Shown: positions 11,502-24,354 of the stretch, one piece after another
Position numbering within the stretch: the stretch's first letter is position 1
Layout: every line of letters starts with the position of its first letter
Assembly: GCA_051294375.1 (NCBI GenBank)
Contig: CM119270.1
Location: 15,228,847-15,292,846, forward strand
Length of the DNA stretch: 64,000 bases
Reading direction: 5' to 3'
Source: Paraspadella gotoi
Taxonomy: Eukaryota > Animalia > Chaetognatha
Translations under genes and position numbers: made by a program
Notes under the pieces: generated by a model
The model's input: only the letters and a program-made list of their open reading frames with translations
Told to the model about the DNA's origin: nothing
Databases searched by the model: none

Positions 11502-12427
11502 GGGCTCCGGAGGATCGGATCACGACGAAAGTGGGAATATCTCTCTCTCTCTCTCGTCCCTCTCTCTCTCTCCGCCCTTTTCCTCTGACTGCTTATCTCT
11601 CTTCTCTCATCTCTCTCTCTCTCTATCTCCACTATAATCTGCAACAAACGGAGAGGCTGAGAGCCAATCGCGGTTTTCCTTCGATTGGATCACCTCTTTG
11701 TTTTTCTCCCTTTTTCCCTTCTTTTGCATGATAACTTTTTTTTCTATTGTCAAGAGAAAGAAAGAGGTAATAGTATCGATGAGTATTAATTAACATTGAA
11801 TAGTTTTGAATAATTTTATTGAATTGATATCATAATGCGTTTTTTCCTGTTTCGTTTACTTCAAAATTTCCTTTCTTTTTATTCTGATTGGATTTGTCCT
11901 TTTTAAATTATCTTTCTTATCTCTACCACTTCATTTTATTTTGTATTATATTTAAAAAAAATCTTTATCCATCGATTTTAAATTTGCTCTCCCTTCATTT
12001 TCACTTTCTCTTCCCCATCCATCCTTTCCTTTTTCGGCTTTCACAGAGTGACTCGTTCTCTCACTAAATATTTCACAGCGAAAGGAACAAAATCACGCAA
12101 CCTTTCCGTTTTATAATTTATTTATAAATATTAAAAATTGAAAAAACCAGAATCACTTTAAGTTTTTCTTTCAAAAGACGTCAGTTTTTAAACAAAAGAT
12201 GCATTTCACCGTCGCTCTAAGTCCCACCGGCAGATTCCGCTTTCGTATCAGAAGCACGACGACGACGACGACGACGACAGCAAACGACGGCCAGCCTCGC
12301 GCCGATGCCATGATTGATGACCAAAGAAAACGGGGTCCCGTTTATTCCAAGACCGGCGCCAACCACGCCGGCCAGGAGTTGGACCGGCGCTATTTCGGCG
12401 CGGACCAGAGCTTCGACTCTCTGTCTT

Positions 12428-12513
<86 letters not shown>

Positions 12514-12581
12514 CCCGCTTCCAATTATCTTTATCCTCTCTCTGACAATTTTGAGTGACGCTCCAGATCGAGGCAAAAAGA

Positions 12582-12670
<89 letters not shown>

Positions 12671-13139
12671 GAGAGAGAGAGAGAGAGAGAGAAAGCGCAC
12701 TTTTTGATATTTATTGCCGTTACGAAAAACGTTTAAGGCGGCCAAGGGTGGTGCGCTTATGATTGATGAGTTCTTGAGTGAAAAAGTGAAGATCGCAAGA
12801 TTTTTTTTCTCCCAAAACTCTGCAATGCTGAATCCCGAGGAATCTCGAGGAATTCTTTCGTCAGGAGAATATATTGGCTAAAAATATCATTGACTGAGGC
12901 TTTTGGTCAAGTTCAGTACAAAATACTACGTACATTTTTCATTATAATTTAAAGAAAAGATATTGTACTAAGAGTTCACCAAAAAAATCTGTAAAAAAAA
13001 AGAAAAGAAAAGAAAACAAAAACAAAAAAAATACAAAAACGAAAACAAACAAAAGCACAAGCAAAAACAAAAGAAGAAACAAAACAAAAAAAATTAAACC
13101 AAAAAAATAAAAAACATAACCCGGCAACCAAACTCTCTC

Positions 13140-13472
13140 TCAAAACTCACTGGCGTCGGCGCTGGAGGATGAAGGACTCGTCCCCGCGTTGGATTCTCCG
13201 TCGTAGAACCCGTTCGTCGACGGCGTCTCAGAAGACGGACTCTCCTGTTGCTGCAGCTGCTGCTGCTGTTGCATCATCGAATCCGTTTCCGCGTTCTCGA
13301 AGGAATGCTGCTTCGGAAGAGAGAGGTCTTGGACTTCGTCGTCGTCGTTGTTGTCGTTGGGGACGGGATTATTGTTGTTGTTGTTGTTGGTGACGACGAC
13401 GAGGTTGTCCGGATGAGTGGAACTCGTCTTCAGCAAAAAATTGGAGGCCAAATCTTGGAGCGAGGAGAGAAC
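13140..13472 (-). CDS. Unit B last coding exon (polyN, polyQ, VQDLSLPK motif)
   Basis: Acceptor cttcccctgcctccgccAG (13474-13473) after a 79-nt intron; 111 codons to TGA 13142-13140. A possible internal donor GTgagt at 13150 would bypass the stop. Confidence 0.75.
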   Translation of the reverse strand, partial: VLSSLQDLASNFLLKTSSTHPDNLVVVTNNNNNNNPVPNDNNDDDEVQDLSLPKQHSFENAETDSMMQQQQQLQQQESPSSETPSTNGFYDGESNAGTSPSSSSADASEF

Positions 13473-13551
13473 CTGGCGGAGGCAGGGGAAGATGAAAAGG
13501 TAAGTTATATTTAATCAAATCGGGATTCCAAAAAAGGTATTTAGAACTTAC

Positions 13552-13621
13552 CTTAATGTCGCCTGAGTTGAGGAGTTCGTAGCTGCAATTTTGATTCTGC
13601 AGAGATTTGGCCGTCAGGTCG
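13552..13621 (-). CDS. Unit B internal 70-nt exon (DLTAKSLQNQNCSYELLNSGDIK)
   Basis: Acceptor ttttcctttttccAG (13623-13622), consensus donor aag|GTaagt (13551). Phases 2 in and 0 out fit both neighbours. Confidence 0.78.
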
Positions 13622-13887
13622 CTGGAAAAAGGAAAAATTAGTCAATTAGATTAATTGCTAATCATTATTATCTTTCGTAAACCGTCTGATTTTTTTCCTT
13701 TCCCTTCCATCCATCCATCCTTCTCCAAACCTTCCGCAGTCATTTTATATTCTCTGCCCTAATTTTCCCTCGCCTCTTTCCCCTATATTTTTATCCCCAA
13801 CCCATGTCCTTTTCCCCATCTCCCTGCCTATTTCCCCTCCCCCTTTCTCTGCCCTCCCCCATCCTTTCCCCATCCTCTTCCCCTCAC

Positions 13888-14143
13888 CCTCTGGCCCGCT
13901 GCTTGAGGAATTTCTTCGGCCATTTTCCGGCGCCTTTTTTCCTCTCGCCGGAATGCGCGCCCAGAGACGCCGACGACGCCGCTGAGGTCGATGTCGCTGC
14001 CGCCGACGCAGCCGCCGACGCAGCCGCAGCCGCCGACGCAGCCGACACCGTCATCTCTGGACTCAGAGTGTCGGCGCCAACGATGACGCCGTTTTTGCGA
14101 ATCGCTAACAGAGGAAGAGCGGCGTCGATGGAAAATCCATTAG
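13888..14143 (-). CDS. Unit B internal exon (Ala/Ser-rich, basic RKKGAGKWPKKFLKQR patch)
   Basis: Acceptor tttttcgtttttcAG (14145-14144), phase 1; donor gg|GTgagg (13887), phase 2; open frame. Confidence 0.75.
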
Positions 14144-14224
14144 CTGAAAAACGAAAAATCTTCGCTTTCAAAAATTAAAAATATAATATTGTGGCGCCAG
14201 TTATTAATACGCCGCCAATCGTAC

Positions 14225-14323
14225 AAATATCCAACGGCATCATTGCATTGGCGCCAGAGGTGCTAGCGCGCACTCTTCCAAATCGAATGGACGCGGTTTC
14301 GCGCCTTAAGCCGATCGGCGTTG
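14225..14323 (-). CDS. Unit B candidate 99-nt symmetric (phase 1-1) exon, ATPIGLRRETASIRFGRVRASTSGANAMMPLDI
   Basis: ctgacAG acceptor (14325-14324), GTacga donor (14224). In frame, no stops, GC-richer than its flanks; splits a 264-nt intron into 84- and 81-nt introns like the 79-nt intron elsewhere in the gene. Donor is weak. Confidence 0.5.
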
Positions 14324-14407
14324 CTGTCAGAACCGAATTTATGAAACTTGTATGCAATGACATGGATTTCACAAACAATTAAGAGTAAATTTTAAAGATG
14401 GCGTTAC

Positions 14408-14615
14408 CCTTTATGTCGGTCGACGTTGACGACGCCCATTTCCCGGCGTCACCCGCTTTTCTGACGCCGCTGACACCGTTCTCTTTTCCGCCATCTCCCT
14501 TCCACATCAGCGTGAGGCTGGAGTGGCGGGAGTTTTTGTGATAACTCAACATCTTCGGATTTCGGCAGGAAAATTGGCACTCGTCGCAGTAGAACTGATT
14601 CGGACCGGAGTGGAC
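14408..14615 (-). CDS. Unit B coding exon 2: completes finger 1 and encodes finger 2 (FYCDECQFSCRNPKMLSYHKNSRH)
   Basis: Acceptor ttcttcatcctcAG (14617-14616), phase 0; open 208 nt; donor g|GTaacg at 14407, phase 1. Missing from the ORF track. Confidence 0.85.
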
Positions 14616-14898
14616 CTGAGGATGAAGAATTAAAATTAAAAATTAAACCCGAGTTAAGTTCTCGAACGAGCTTTGTCGCGAGAGAGCCTGATTACGTCTC
14701 ACATGTGTTGGAGCATAAAATTGAAATGTTACTAAAAAGCTTTAAGAATTTGTTAACTTTTATGTGTTTAAGTGTTAACTGTTAAGTGTTTTTATTGAAC
14801 TTTTAACGATTAACGGTTTTCCCAATGTCTTTCTCTGTCTCTCGTCTCATCTCACTCTCTATTTCTTTCGTCACATCCCTCTCCCACTCCATCTTCAC

Positions 14899-15453
14899 CT
14901 TGAGATGTCGCTGGTAGTTGCTCAGCCACCTGGACTTGTAATCGCAGATGCTGCACGCGTACACCTGCTTGTCCCTGACGCCGCCTCCTACGGCCACACC
15001 GGCGCCCGTCATCGCCAGCGGGTGATGCATCGCCGCCACGCCGAGAAAGTCCTGCGGCGAAACCGCCGCCGCAGCCGCGGCCGCCGCTGCGTTCAACACG
15101 CCGCCTTTCCCGCCGTTTCCGTGCGCGCCGCCGCTGGAGCGGACGAGCCGATTCAACTTTTCGAAGATGCTGAGGCTGTCCGGATCGGATGGAGGCTGGG
15201 GCGGAGGCGCGGAGGACGCCGGCGATACCGACGACGCCGCCGACGCCGCGACGCTCTTCGGCGACGAACCGGCGTCGTTTTCGTCGTCGTCTTCGTCGGC
15301 GTCGTTCGTCTCGGACGGAGGCGGCGACGCGAGTCTTGAAGGCCACGACTTGAGGAAGAGGTGATTGGCGGCGCCGGATGGAAGAGGATCGAAAGCGGCG
15401 CCGTTGACGCCGGATACCGGCGCTACGCGCGTCGATTCCATCGAATCTCGCAT
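14899..15453 (-). CDS. Unit B coding exon 1: low-complexity N-terminus plus first C2H2 finger (YACSICDYKSRWLSNYQRHLK|VH)
   Basis: ATG 15453, 555 nt (185 codons), donor aag|GTgaag at 14898. The finger's last His comes from the next exon. Confidence 0.85.
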
Positions 15454-15568
15454 CGTCGAGAGGAAAACAAAATTTTGCTTGTTTTGGTTTTTGCTTATTT
15501 TGTTTTGTTCATTTTACGTTCGCCTTTTTAAAAAATCGTCTCTGAGGCTCAGGCGCGGTGGTAGGGAG

Positions 15569-15603
15569 AGGTCAAAGGTCAAACGAAGGTCAAACGAAGG
15601 TCA
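15569..15603 (+). promoter_or_regulatory. Four direct AGGTCA half-sites spaced 1, 5 and 5 nt (DR1+DR5+DR5-like)
   Basis: AGGTCA-a-AGGTCA-aacga-AGGTCA-aacga-AGGTCA, 116-150 nt upstream of the unit B ATG. The motif is seen directly; function is unproven. Confidence 0.35.
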
Positions 15604-16753
15604 AATAATGGGAAACGCCCCCCCAACCCGTGACCAAAAAAATAGGGAAATTCACGATTGCGGGTTTCACGAGGGAGAAGGAAGAAAATCACAGATTCGA
15701 ACGGATGATCGTTGTTGTTGTCGTTGTCGTTGTCGTTGTTAACCGTTTGACTAGGAAAGGAAAGAGGGTTTTTTCCTGTTGCGTTCTCGAGTTTTGTGCC
15801 AGGATCTTTCCGCGTCATGTCGTGTCAGATGTCATGTCAAAAGCCGTCGCATCGCGCATCGTTGCGTGTCGAATAGAACGATGCTCGTGTTAATGTTATT
15901 TGGCATTTTTATAAAAAAGATTCTATTATTTTTTTTTTCAGATGAAAAAAAAATTGAGGAGAGAAGACAGTTAAGGCGAAATCCGACTGAATTGGATCGG
16001 AATTGTTTTTTTGTTGTTGTTCTTGTTGTTTTTTTTTTTTTTGAGATAGAGAGAAAAAAAAATGAAAAGGCAACTGCAGTATGACACTTTTGTTCTTTTA
16101 TTTCACGTGGTTTCCTTTGTTTCGCTAATTGTTAATCGTTCCAAAAAAAAAAGTTATTGTTGTTAAATTGTCTCGGTAAAAACTACGTTTGTTAACTTTC
16201 TGGTTGTGTTAAATGCGGTTTTTGTTTCTCTTTGGTCTTTTGTTTGTTATATTACTTGCACAAAACTACGACAGGGTGCGTGAGAGGAAAGGTTTTTTTG
16301 GGGTGAGTTTTCGGATGCTTTTATGGGGATTTTCAGAGAGAATAGAGTCACTTTGGATTAGGGTGGTTGCGGGGAAACGGGTTTTCTAAATTAGGATGGT
16401 TCTGTTTTGTTTTTTAAAAATATTTTTCTTTCTAATCAGGAATTAAATGAGGAGGGGGTTTTTAAGGTTTTAGGTTTTTTGGATTTTTTTTTTCGTTCCT
16501 TCAGTCGAGGGTGAAATAGGAGGATGAAACAATTGCGTTTTGGGGAGAATATACTACGACTAGTGATGATGGGATGGACGTGCGGTTGTTCACTTCACAT
16601 TCACAGTTCACAGTTCACAGTGAGGTTAGTGTCCTTTTTGAAATTTTTTTCTGGTCTTTGATCTCTGGAAAGAAAAAAGATAAATGGAGAGCGGTGGTAA
16701 TTGTTACACTCAACAATAATGTTGTATCGAAGTCGTCGTTGTTGTAAACTCAC

Positions 16754-16863
16754 CTCCGCTAGAGGGTGCGACTTGATTCCATTGCTATTTTGTTAGTACT
16801 TTCGACTCCTACTTTTTTCCCGGAAATCATCGTCACGATGAGAAGGCGCGCGCATCGTCGGTT
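16754..16863 (-). other. Candidate non-coding 5' UTR exon of unit B
   Basis: Acceptor ttcctttgcAG (16865-16864) and donor gag|GTgagt (16753), then an 89-nt intron ending tcttttttctttccAG (16666-16665). Contains only short uORFs. Confidence 0.5.
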
Positions 16864-18263
16864 CTGCAAAGGAAGCGTTTCGGTTATTCAATTCATTATT
16901 TTATTTATAACAAAATAAGCTACTCATTCCTGACTTTGGCCAAGTTAATTTTCAAACTTACACGTCTTTATGAGTCGATTTAACATTTTAAAATATATCT
17001 TTCAAATACATATGTCATTTTTCTAAAGACTATCAACATTTTTTTGCGTCGTACTTCTGCTTAACATTTCGAAAACAAGTCGTAGTGCGTATTAACAAGA
17101 ATTTAAGTCGAAGAAAAAGAAAAAAAAAAAGTTTTCGACTTTTCCTTCTGACTTTTTCGGTTTCACTTTTCGGGGGGAGGATCCGCGAGCGTCACAGAGA
17201 GTCGGATGTTCACAACATTTCACAAGTTTTTTTTTTTTAAGTAATATAACGCGGGGCAAAGGTAAAATTCCGAATCAACCACATGCTCTTTTCTCAAAAA
17301 CAAAATGTAGTCCGAGTCAATCTCTCTNNNNNNNNNNNNNNNNNNNNNNNNNNNNNNNNNNNNNNNNNNNNNNNNNNNNNNNNNNNNNNNNNNNNNNNNN
17401 NNNNNNNNNNNNNNNNNNNNNNNNNNNNNNNNNNNNNNNNNNNNNNNNNNNNNNNNNNNNNNNNNNNNNNNNNNNNNNNNNNNNNNNNNNNNNNNNNNNN
17501 NNNNNNNNNNNNNNNNNNNNNNNNNNNNNNNNNNNNNNNNNNNNNNNNNNNNNNNNNNNNNNNNNNNNNNNNNNNNNNNNNNNNNNNNNNNNNNNNNNNN
17601 NNNNNNNNNNNNNNNNNNNNNNNNNNNNNNNNNNNNNNNNNNNNNNNNNNNNNNNNNNNNNNNNNNNNNNNNNNNNNNNNNNNNNNNNNNNNNNNNNNNN
17701 NNNNNNNNNNNNNNNNNNNNNNNNNNNNNNNNNNNNNNNNNNNNNNNNNNNNNNNNNNNNNNNNNNNNNNNNNNNNNNNNNNNNNNNNNNNNNNNNNNNN
17801 NNNNNNNNNNNNNNNNNNNNNNNNNNNNNNNNNNNNNNNNNNNNNNNNNNNNNNNNNNNNNNNNNNNNNNNNNNNNNNNNNNNNNNNNNNNNNNNNNNNA
17901 AAATTTAAGGGTGATTTAAAAGATGAAGAAACATCACCACCTCTGAAAATCCAAAGTCCAACAAAACTTTTGGTCCGATCGACCAGTGTCGGTCGGGTGA
18001 CGGATGCTCTCCGCTTCGTGATTTTCTTCTCCCCTTTCTATTATCATTACTATCATTCCTCTCATTTCCTCTCTATTTTTTTCCCTCACTCCTCTTTCCC
18101 CCTCTGTGGTATCTTATCATCTCTTCTTTAATTTTATTTCTCATCTTTTCTTCTCTTTGCTTTCTCATCTTCACTCTCTTTCCTTCTTTCTTTTTTCTTA
18201 CCCCCTTTTAATCGCTCTCTCTCTCTCTCTCTCTCTCTNNNNNNNNNNNNNNNNNNNNNNNNN

Positions 18264-18342
18264 GAGAGAGAGGAGAGAGAGGAGACGCAGAAAGAAGAGA
18301 GAGAGAAGAGAGAGAGAGAGAGGAAGAGAGAGAGAGAGAGAT

Positions 18343-18388
<46 letters not shown>

Positions 18389-21300
18389 AGAGAGAGAAGC
18401 GCACTTTTCTGATATTATTAGCCGTTACGGAAAAACGCGTTTAGGCGTGGGCCAAAGGGCGATGAGCTTCTTGAGCTGAAAAGTGAAGATCGAAGTTTTT
18501 TTCTCCCAAAACTGCTGCAGGATGCTAGAATCCCGAGGGAAATCTCAGGGAGCATTCTTTGGGCAGAAGTAATTAGGCTAAAATGCAATTGACTGGAGGC
18601 TGTTTTGGTCAAGTTTCAGTCAAGCAAATACGCGTACATTTTCATTAATATTATAAAGAATAAGATATTGTTACTAGAAGTTTCACCAAAAAATCTGTAA
18701 AAAAAAAGAAAAGAAAAGAAAACAAAAACAAGAAAAAATACAAAAACGAAAACAAAAAAGCACAAGCAAAAACATAAAGAAGAAACAAAACAAAAAAATT
18801 AAATCAAAAAATAAAAAACAATAACCGCTGCTCTCTCAAACTCTGGGCGTCGGCGCTGGAAGGATGAATGGACTCGTCCGCGTTGGATTCTCCGTCGTAG
18901 AACCGTTCGTCGACGGCGTATCAGAAGAGGACTCTCCTGTTGCTGCAGCCATGCTGCTGCTGTTGCAATCATCGAATCCGTTTCCTCCGCGTTCTCGAAA
19001 GAATGCTGCTTCCGGAGACGAGAGGTTTGGACTTCGTCGTCGTCTTGTTGTCGTGGGGAGGGGAATTATTTGTTGTTTGTTGAGTTAGTTGGTGAACGCG
19101 AACGAGGTTGTCCGGATGAAGTGAATCGTCCTTCAGCAAATTGGAAGGCCAAATTGGAGGGGCGATGGAGAGAACGCTGGCGGAGGCAGGGAAGAATGAA
19201 AAAGGTAAGTTTATATGTTAATCAAATCGGGATTCCAAAAAAGGTATTTAGAACTTACACTTAATGTCGCCTGAGTGTCAGGAGTTCTTCCAGCTGCAAA
19301 TTTTGATTCTGCAGAGATTTGGGCCAGTCAGGTCGCTGGAAAAAGGAAAAATTAGTCCAAGTTAGATTAATTGCTAATCATTATTTGTTTCGTAAACTGA
19401 TTTTTTTTTCCTTTCCTCCTCACCCATCCGGCTCCAAACCTCCCGCAGTCTTTTATATTCTCTGCCTAATTTTCCTCGCTCTTCCCCTAATATTTTTATC
19501 CCAACCATGTCTTTTTCCCATGCTCCCTGCTATTTCCCCTCCCGCTCTTTCTCTGCCCTCAACCATCTTTTCCCCATCTCTTCCCTCCTCTGGCCCCTGC
19601 TTGAGGATTTCTTCGTTGGCCATTTTCGGCGCCTTTTTTCTCTCGCCGAATGCGCGCACAGAGACGGCCGACGACGCCGCATGAGGTCGATGTCTGCGCG
19701 CGACGCAGCGCCGAACGCAGCCAAGCGCGCCGACGCCAGCCGACCCGTCATCTCTGGACTCCAGAGTGTCGGCGTGGCCCAACGATGACGCCGGTTTTTG
19801 CGGATATCGCTAACAGAGGAAGAGCCGGCGTCGATGGAAAAATCCATATTTTCGCTTTACAATTAAAAAATTAATATTGTTGGCGCCAGTATAATTAATC
19901 ACGCCGCCATGTACAAATATCCAACGGCATCATTGGCATTGGCGCCAAGAGGTGCTAGCGCGCACTTCTTCCAATGAAATGGAACGCGGTTTCGCGCCTT
20001 AAGACGATCAGCGTTGCTGTCAGAGACCGCCCATTTCTGAAACTTGTATGCAATGCCATGGATTTCACAAACAATTAAGAGTAAATTTTTAAAGATGGCG
20101 TTACCTCTTTATGTCGTCGCGTTGACGACGCCTTTCCGGCGTCACCCGCTTTCTGACGCCGCTGACACGTTCTCTTTTCCGCAGTCTGCCTTCCACAGTC
20201 AGCGATGAGGCTGGAGTGGCGGAGATTTTTGATGATAACTCAACTCTTCGATTTCGGCAGGAAAATTGCACCCGTCGCAGTAGAACTAGATTCGGACGCG
20301 CGTGGATACCTTGAGAGATGAAGAATTAAAATTAAAAATTAAACCGCGGTTAAGTTCTCGAACGCCGGCTTGTGTGCGAGAAGCCTGAATTACGTCTCAG
20401 CATGTGTTGGAGATAAAATTTGAATGTTACTTAAAAAGCTTTTAAGAATTTGTTACTATTTATAGTGTTTAAGTGTTAACTGTTAAATGTGTTTTTATTT
20501 TGAACTTTTTAACGTTACAGGTTTTCCAATGTCTTTCTCTGTCTCTCGTTCTCATCTCACTCCTATTCTCTTTCGTCACAGCCGCTGCTTCCCCACTCCA
20601 ATCTTCACCTTGAGATGATCGCTGGGTTAGTTTGCAGTGGACGCGCACCTGGAACTTGTAAATCGCAGATTGCTGCACGCGTAGATGCCTTGCTTGTCAC
20701 TTGACGCGCCTTCCTACGCCAATACGGCGCCCGTCATCGCAGCGGGTGATGATCGCCGCCACGCCGAGAAAGTCCTAGCAGGCGAAACACGCGGCCGCAG
20801 ACCGCGCGGCCGCTGCGTTCAACACGCCGCTTTCCCCCGTTTCCGTGCGCGCGCCGCTGGAGGACGGCCGATTCAACTTTTCGAAGATGCTGACAGGCGT
20901 CCGGATCGGATGGAGGCTGGGGCGAGGGCGCGAGGACCCGGGCGATACCGGGACGACCGCCGACGCCGGCCGTTCTTCGGCGACGAACCGGCGATCGTTT
21001 TCGTCGTCGTCTTCGTCGGCGTCGTTCGTGCTCGGAAGGAGGCGGCGACGCGGAGATCTTGTAAGCGCCAGAACTATGCAGGAAGAGGTTTTGAAATTGG
21101 CGCGCCGGAATGGAATGAGGGATCCGGAAGAAGCGAGGCGTCTAGTTAGGAACGTTTGACTCATCGGAATAACACTAGGCGTCTACGCGAGCGTCGATTC
21201 ATCGATCTCCATCCGTCGGAGGAAAACAAAATTTTGCTTGTTTTATGGTTTTTGCCTTACTTTTGTTTTGTCAGTTTTAAAACGAGTTCGTCCTTTTTTA

Positions 21301-24190
21301 AAAAATCGTCTCTGAGGCTCAGGCGACGGTGGTAGGGAAAGTCAATAAGGGTCAAACCGAAGTCAAACGAAGGATCAAATAATGGGGGCCCCGCAGCTCA
21401 ACCCGTGACCAAGAAACGGGAATTCAAGATTCGCGGGTTTCACGAGGCGAGAAGGAAGAAAATCACAGATTCGAATCGGATGATCGTTGTTGTTGTCGTT
21501 GTCGTTGTCGTTGTTTAACGCGCTTTGACTAGGAGAAAGGAAGAGGTTTTTTCCTGTTGCGTTTCTCGAGTTTGTGGCAGGATCTTTCGCGTCATGTCGT
21601 GTCAGATTGTCATGTCAAGAGCCCCGTCGGCAATCGGCATCGTTGGTGTCGAATAGAACGATGCTCGTGTTAAGTTTATTTGGCTTTTTATAAAACAAGA
21701 TTCTTATTATTTTCTTTTTTGCAGATGAAAAAAAAATTGAGGAAGAGAAGACAGTTAAGGCGAAATCCGCAACTGAATTTGGATGGAATTGTTTTTTTTT
21801 GTGTCTGTTCTCTGTTGTTTTTTTCTTTTTTTGAGGATACGAGAGAAAAATGAAAAGGCAACTGCAGTTGACACTTTTGTTGCTTTTATTTCAAGAACGT
21901 GGTTTCCTTTGTTTCGCTAATTGAGTTATCACGTTCCAAAAACACAAAGTATTGTTTGTTAAATTGTCTCGGTAAACTACGTTTGTTAACTTTCTGGTTG
22001 TGTTAAATGCGGTTTTTAGGTTTCTCTTTTGGTCTTTTGTTTGTTATAATTATTGCACAAAACTACGACAGGCGTGGCGTGAGAGGAAAGCGTTTTTTTG
22101 GGGTAGTTTTCGGATGCTTTTATGGGGATTTTCAAAAGGGAATAGAGTCAATTTGGATTAGGGTGGTTGGCGGGAAACGGGTTTTCTAAATTAGGATGGA
22201 TTCTGTTTTGTTTTTTTTTTTTTAATATTTTGTCTTTCATACAGGAAATTAAATGAAGGCAGGGGGTTATTAAGGTTTTAAGTTTTTTGGATTTCTTTTT
22301 TTCAGTTCCTTTCCAGTCCGAGGTAGAAAATAGGAGGATGAAACAAATTTGCGTTTTGGGGAGAATAATACTACGACTAGTGTAAGATGGGATGAGACGT
22401 GCGGGATGTTCATTCAAAATTCACGTTCCAGTTCACAGTGACGGTAGTGTCCTTTTTTGAAATTTTTTTCTGGTCTTTGATCTCTGGAAAGACAAAAGAT
22501 AAATGGACGAGCGGTGTAAATTGTTTACAGAACTCAATCAACAAATAAATAGTTGTATCGAAGTCCGTCGAGTTGTTGTACACTCACCTCCGCTAGAGGG
22601 TTGAGCGACTTGATTCCATTGCTATTTGTAGTACTATTCGACTCCTACTTTTTTCCCGGAATCTCGTCAAGATGAGAAGGCGCCGCGGCATCGATCGAGT
22701 TTGCAAGGAAGCGTTTCGGTTATTCATTATTATTTTATTTATAACAAAATAAGCTACTCAATTCCTGACTTGTGGCCAAGTTAATTTTCAAACTTAACGT
22801 CCTTTATGAGTCCGATTAACATTTTAAAATATTTCTTTTTTTCAAATCATATGTACTTTTTCTAAAGCATATCGACATTTTTTTTTGCGTCGTACTTCTT
22901 GCTTAACAATTTCGAAACAGATCGTAGTGCGTATTAACAGAATCCTTAAGTCGAAAAAAAAGAAGAAAAAAAAAAAGTTTTTCGACTTTTCCTTCTGACT
23001 TTTTCGTTTCAGACACTTTTTAGGGGGAGGATCCGCGAGCGTACAGAGAGTCGGCATGTTTCAGCCAACATTTCACAAGTTTTTTTTTTTTAAGTATATC
23101 AACAGCATGGGCAAAGGTAAAATCCGAATCAACCACATGCTTTTCTCAAAAACAAAATGTCGTCCGAGTCAACTCTCTCTCTCTCTCTCTCTCGATCTCT
23201 CCTCTCTTCGTCTCTCTCTCTCTCTCTCTCTCTCATCTCTCAGCTCTCTCTCTCTCCCTCTCTCTCTCACCTCTTCCCCTTAAAGAGGAAAGAGATGGTG
23301 AAGAGTTGAACGTGATATTCTTAATTAACGTCGTTTGATGTGTCGTCGTTGTCGTCGTCGTCGTCGTCGTCGTAAGGTCTTCGCTGTAGACGTAGTCCCG
23401 GTTGTTGGACTCGTTTCCACGTAATAAAAGTTGAAAAAAAAAATTTCAGTACAATTTACATATATTATAGAAATTTAACTTTATTGTATTTTTTCTTTTG
23501 CTATCGTTGGTGATATTGATGTAGAACAAGGTTTTTGAAAAGATGTAACAACGCTATGAAATAAAAAATCGTTGTTACATTCTTTATTCAAACTTTTTTC
23601 TAAGACTTTAATTATTATACAAAAGGGTAAATAAAGATCGCTAAATTCAGATTCGTCTGTCGTTCTCGTCGTCGTCAACAGCATCGCGATACGAGATCTA
23701 AAGAAGAAAGAAAACATAAAATGATCCTCTAAAAAATAGAAAAATGTAAAAAGATTAAGCTACAGTGAATGTCTCTTTTCTCTTCCTCTCTCTCTCGTCT
23801 CGTCTCTCTCTCTCTTCTCCTCCTCTCTCGGTTCTCCATCTCTCTTCAAAAAAAAATTTAAAGGGTGATTTAAAGATGAAGAAAGCACCACTCTGAAATC
23901 ACAAAGTCCAACGTTTGTCCGATTCGAGCGAAGATGTCGTTACGGTGACGGATGCTCTCGTTCGTGATTTTCTTTAACGCTCCTCTATACTATTATCATT
24001 ACTATCATTCCTCTCAATTTCCCTCTCTATTTTTTTCCCTCACTCCCTCTTCCCCCTCTGTGGTATCTTATCATTCTCTTCTTTAATTTTATTTCTCACT
24101 TTTCTTTTCTCTCTTTTGCTTTTGTCTTCAATCTTCACGTCAGTCCTTTCCTTCTTTCTTTTTCTTAGCCTTTCCCTTTTTAATCGCTCT
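18264..24190 (-). pseudogene. Indel-riddled tandem copy of ~12590-18238 including all unit B exons (~18836-21212); probably an uncorrected long-read duplicate
   Basis: Collinear anchors: 12691 vs 18396 (gcgcactttt..gccgttacg), 17301 vs 23153 (caaaatgt.gtccgagtcaa), 17901 vs 23854, 18203 vs 24174. Differences are mostly 1-nt indels spread evenly over exons and introns; begins at an N gap. Confidence refers to the duplication, not to pseudogene status. Confidence 0.85.
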
Positions 24191-24240
24191 CTCTCTCTTC
24201 TCATCTCTCTCCTCTCTCTTTCTCTCTTCTCTCTTCCTTC

Positions 24241-24278
<38 letters not shown>

Positions 24279-24354
24279 GGGAAGGGGAAGGATCACCCGG
24301 TGACGGGTACTACGAAGAAAGAAGGAGCGATATAACCGTCACTCGATGGAGACG

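Noticed and set aside
12200-12425. GC-rich patch between units A and B as a linking coding exon
   Set aside because: The upstream sequence on the minus strand is purine-rich with no usable acceptor, and no frame gives convincing protein; it may be UTR or regulatory.
18836-21212. A third functional zinc-finger paralogue
   Set aside because: Every exon is frameshifted; the pattern fits noisy duplicate sequence.
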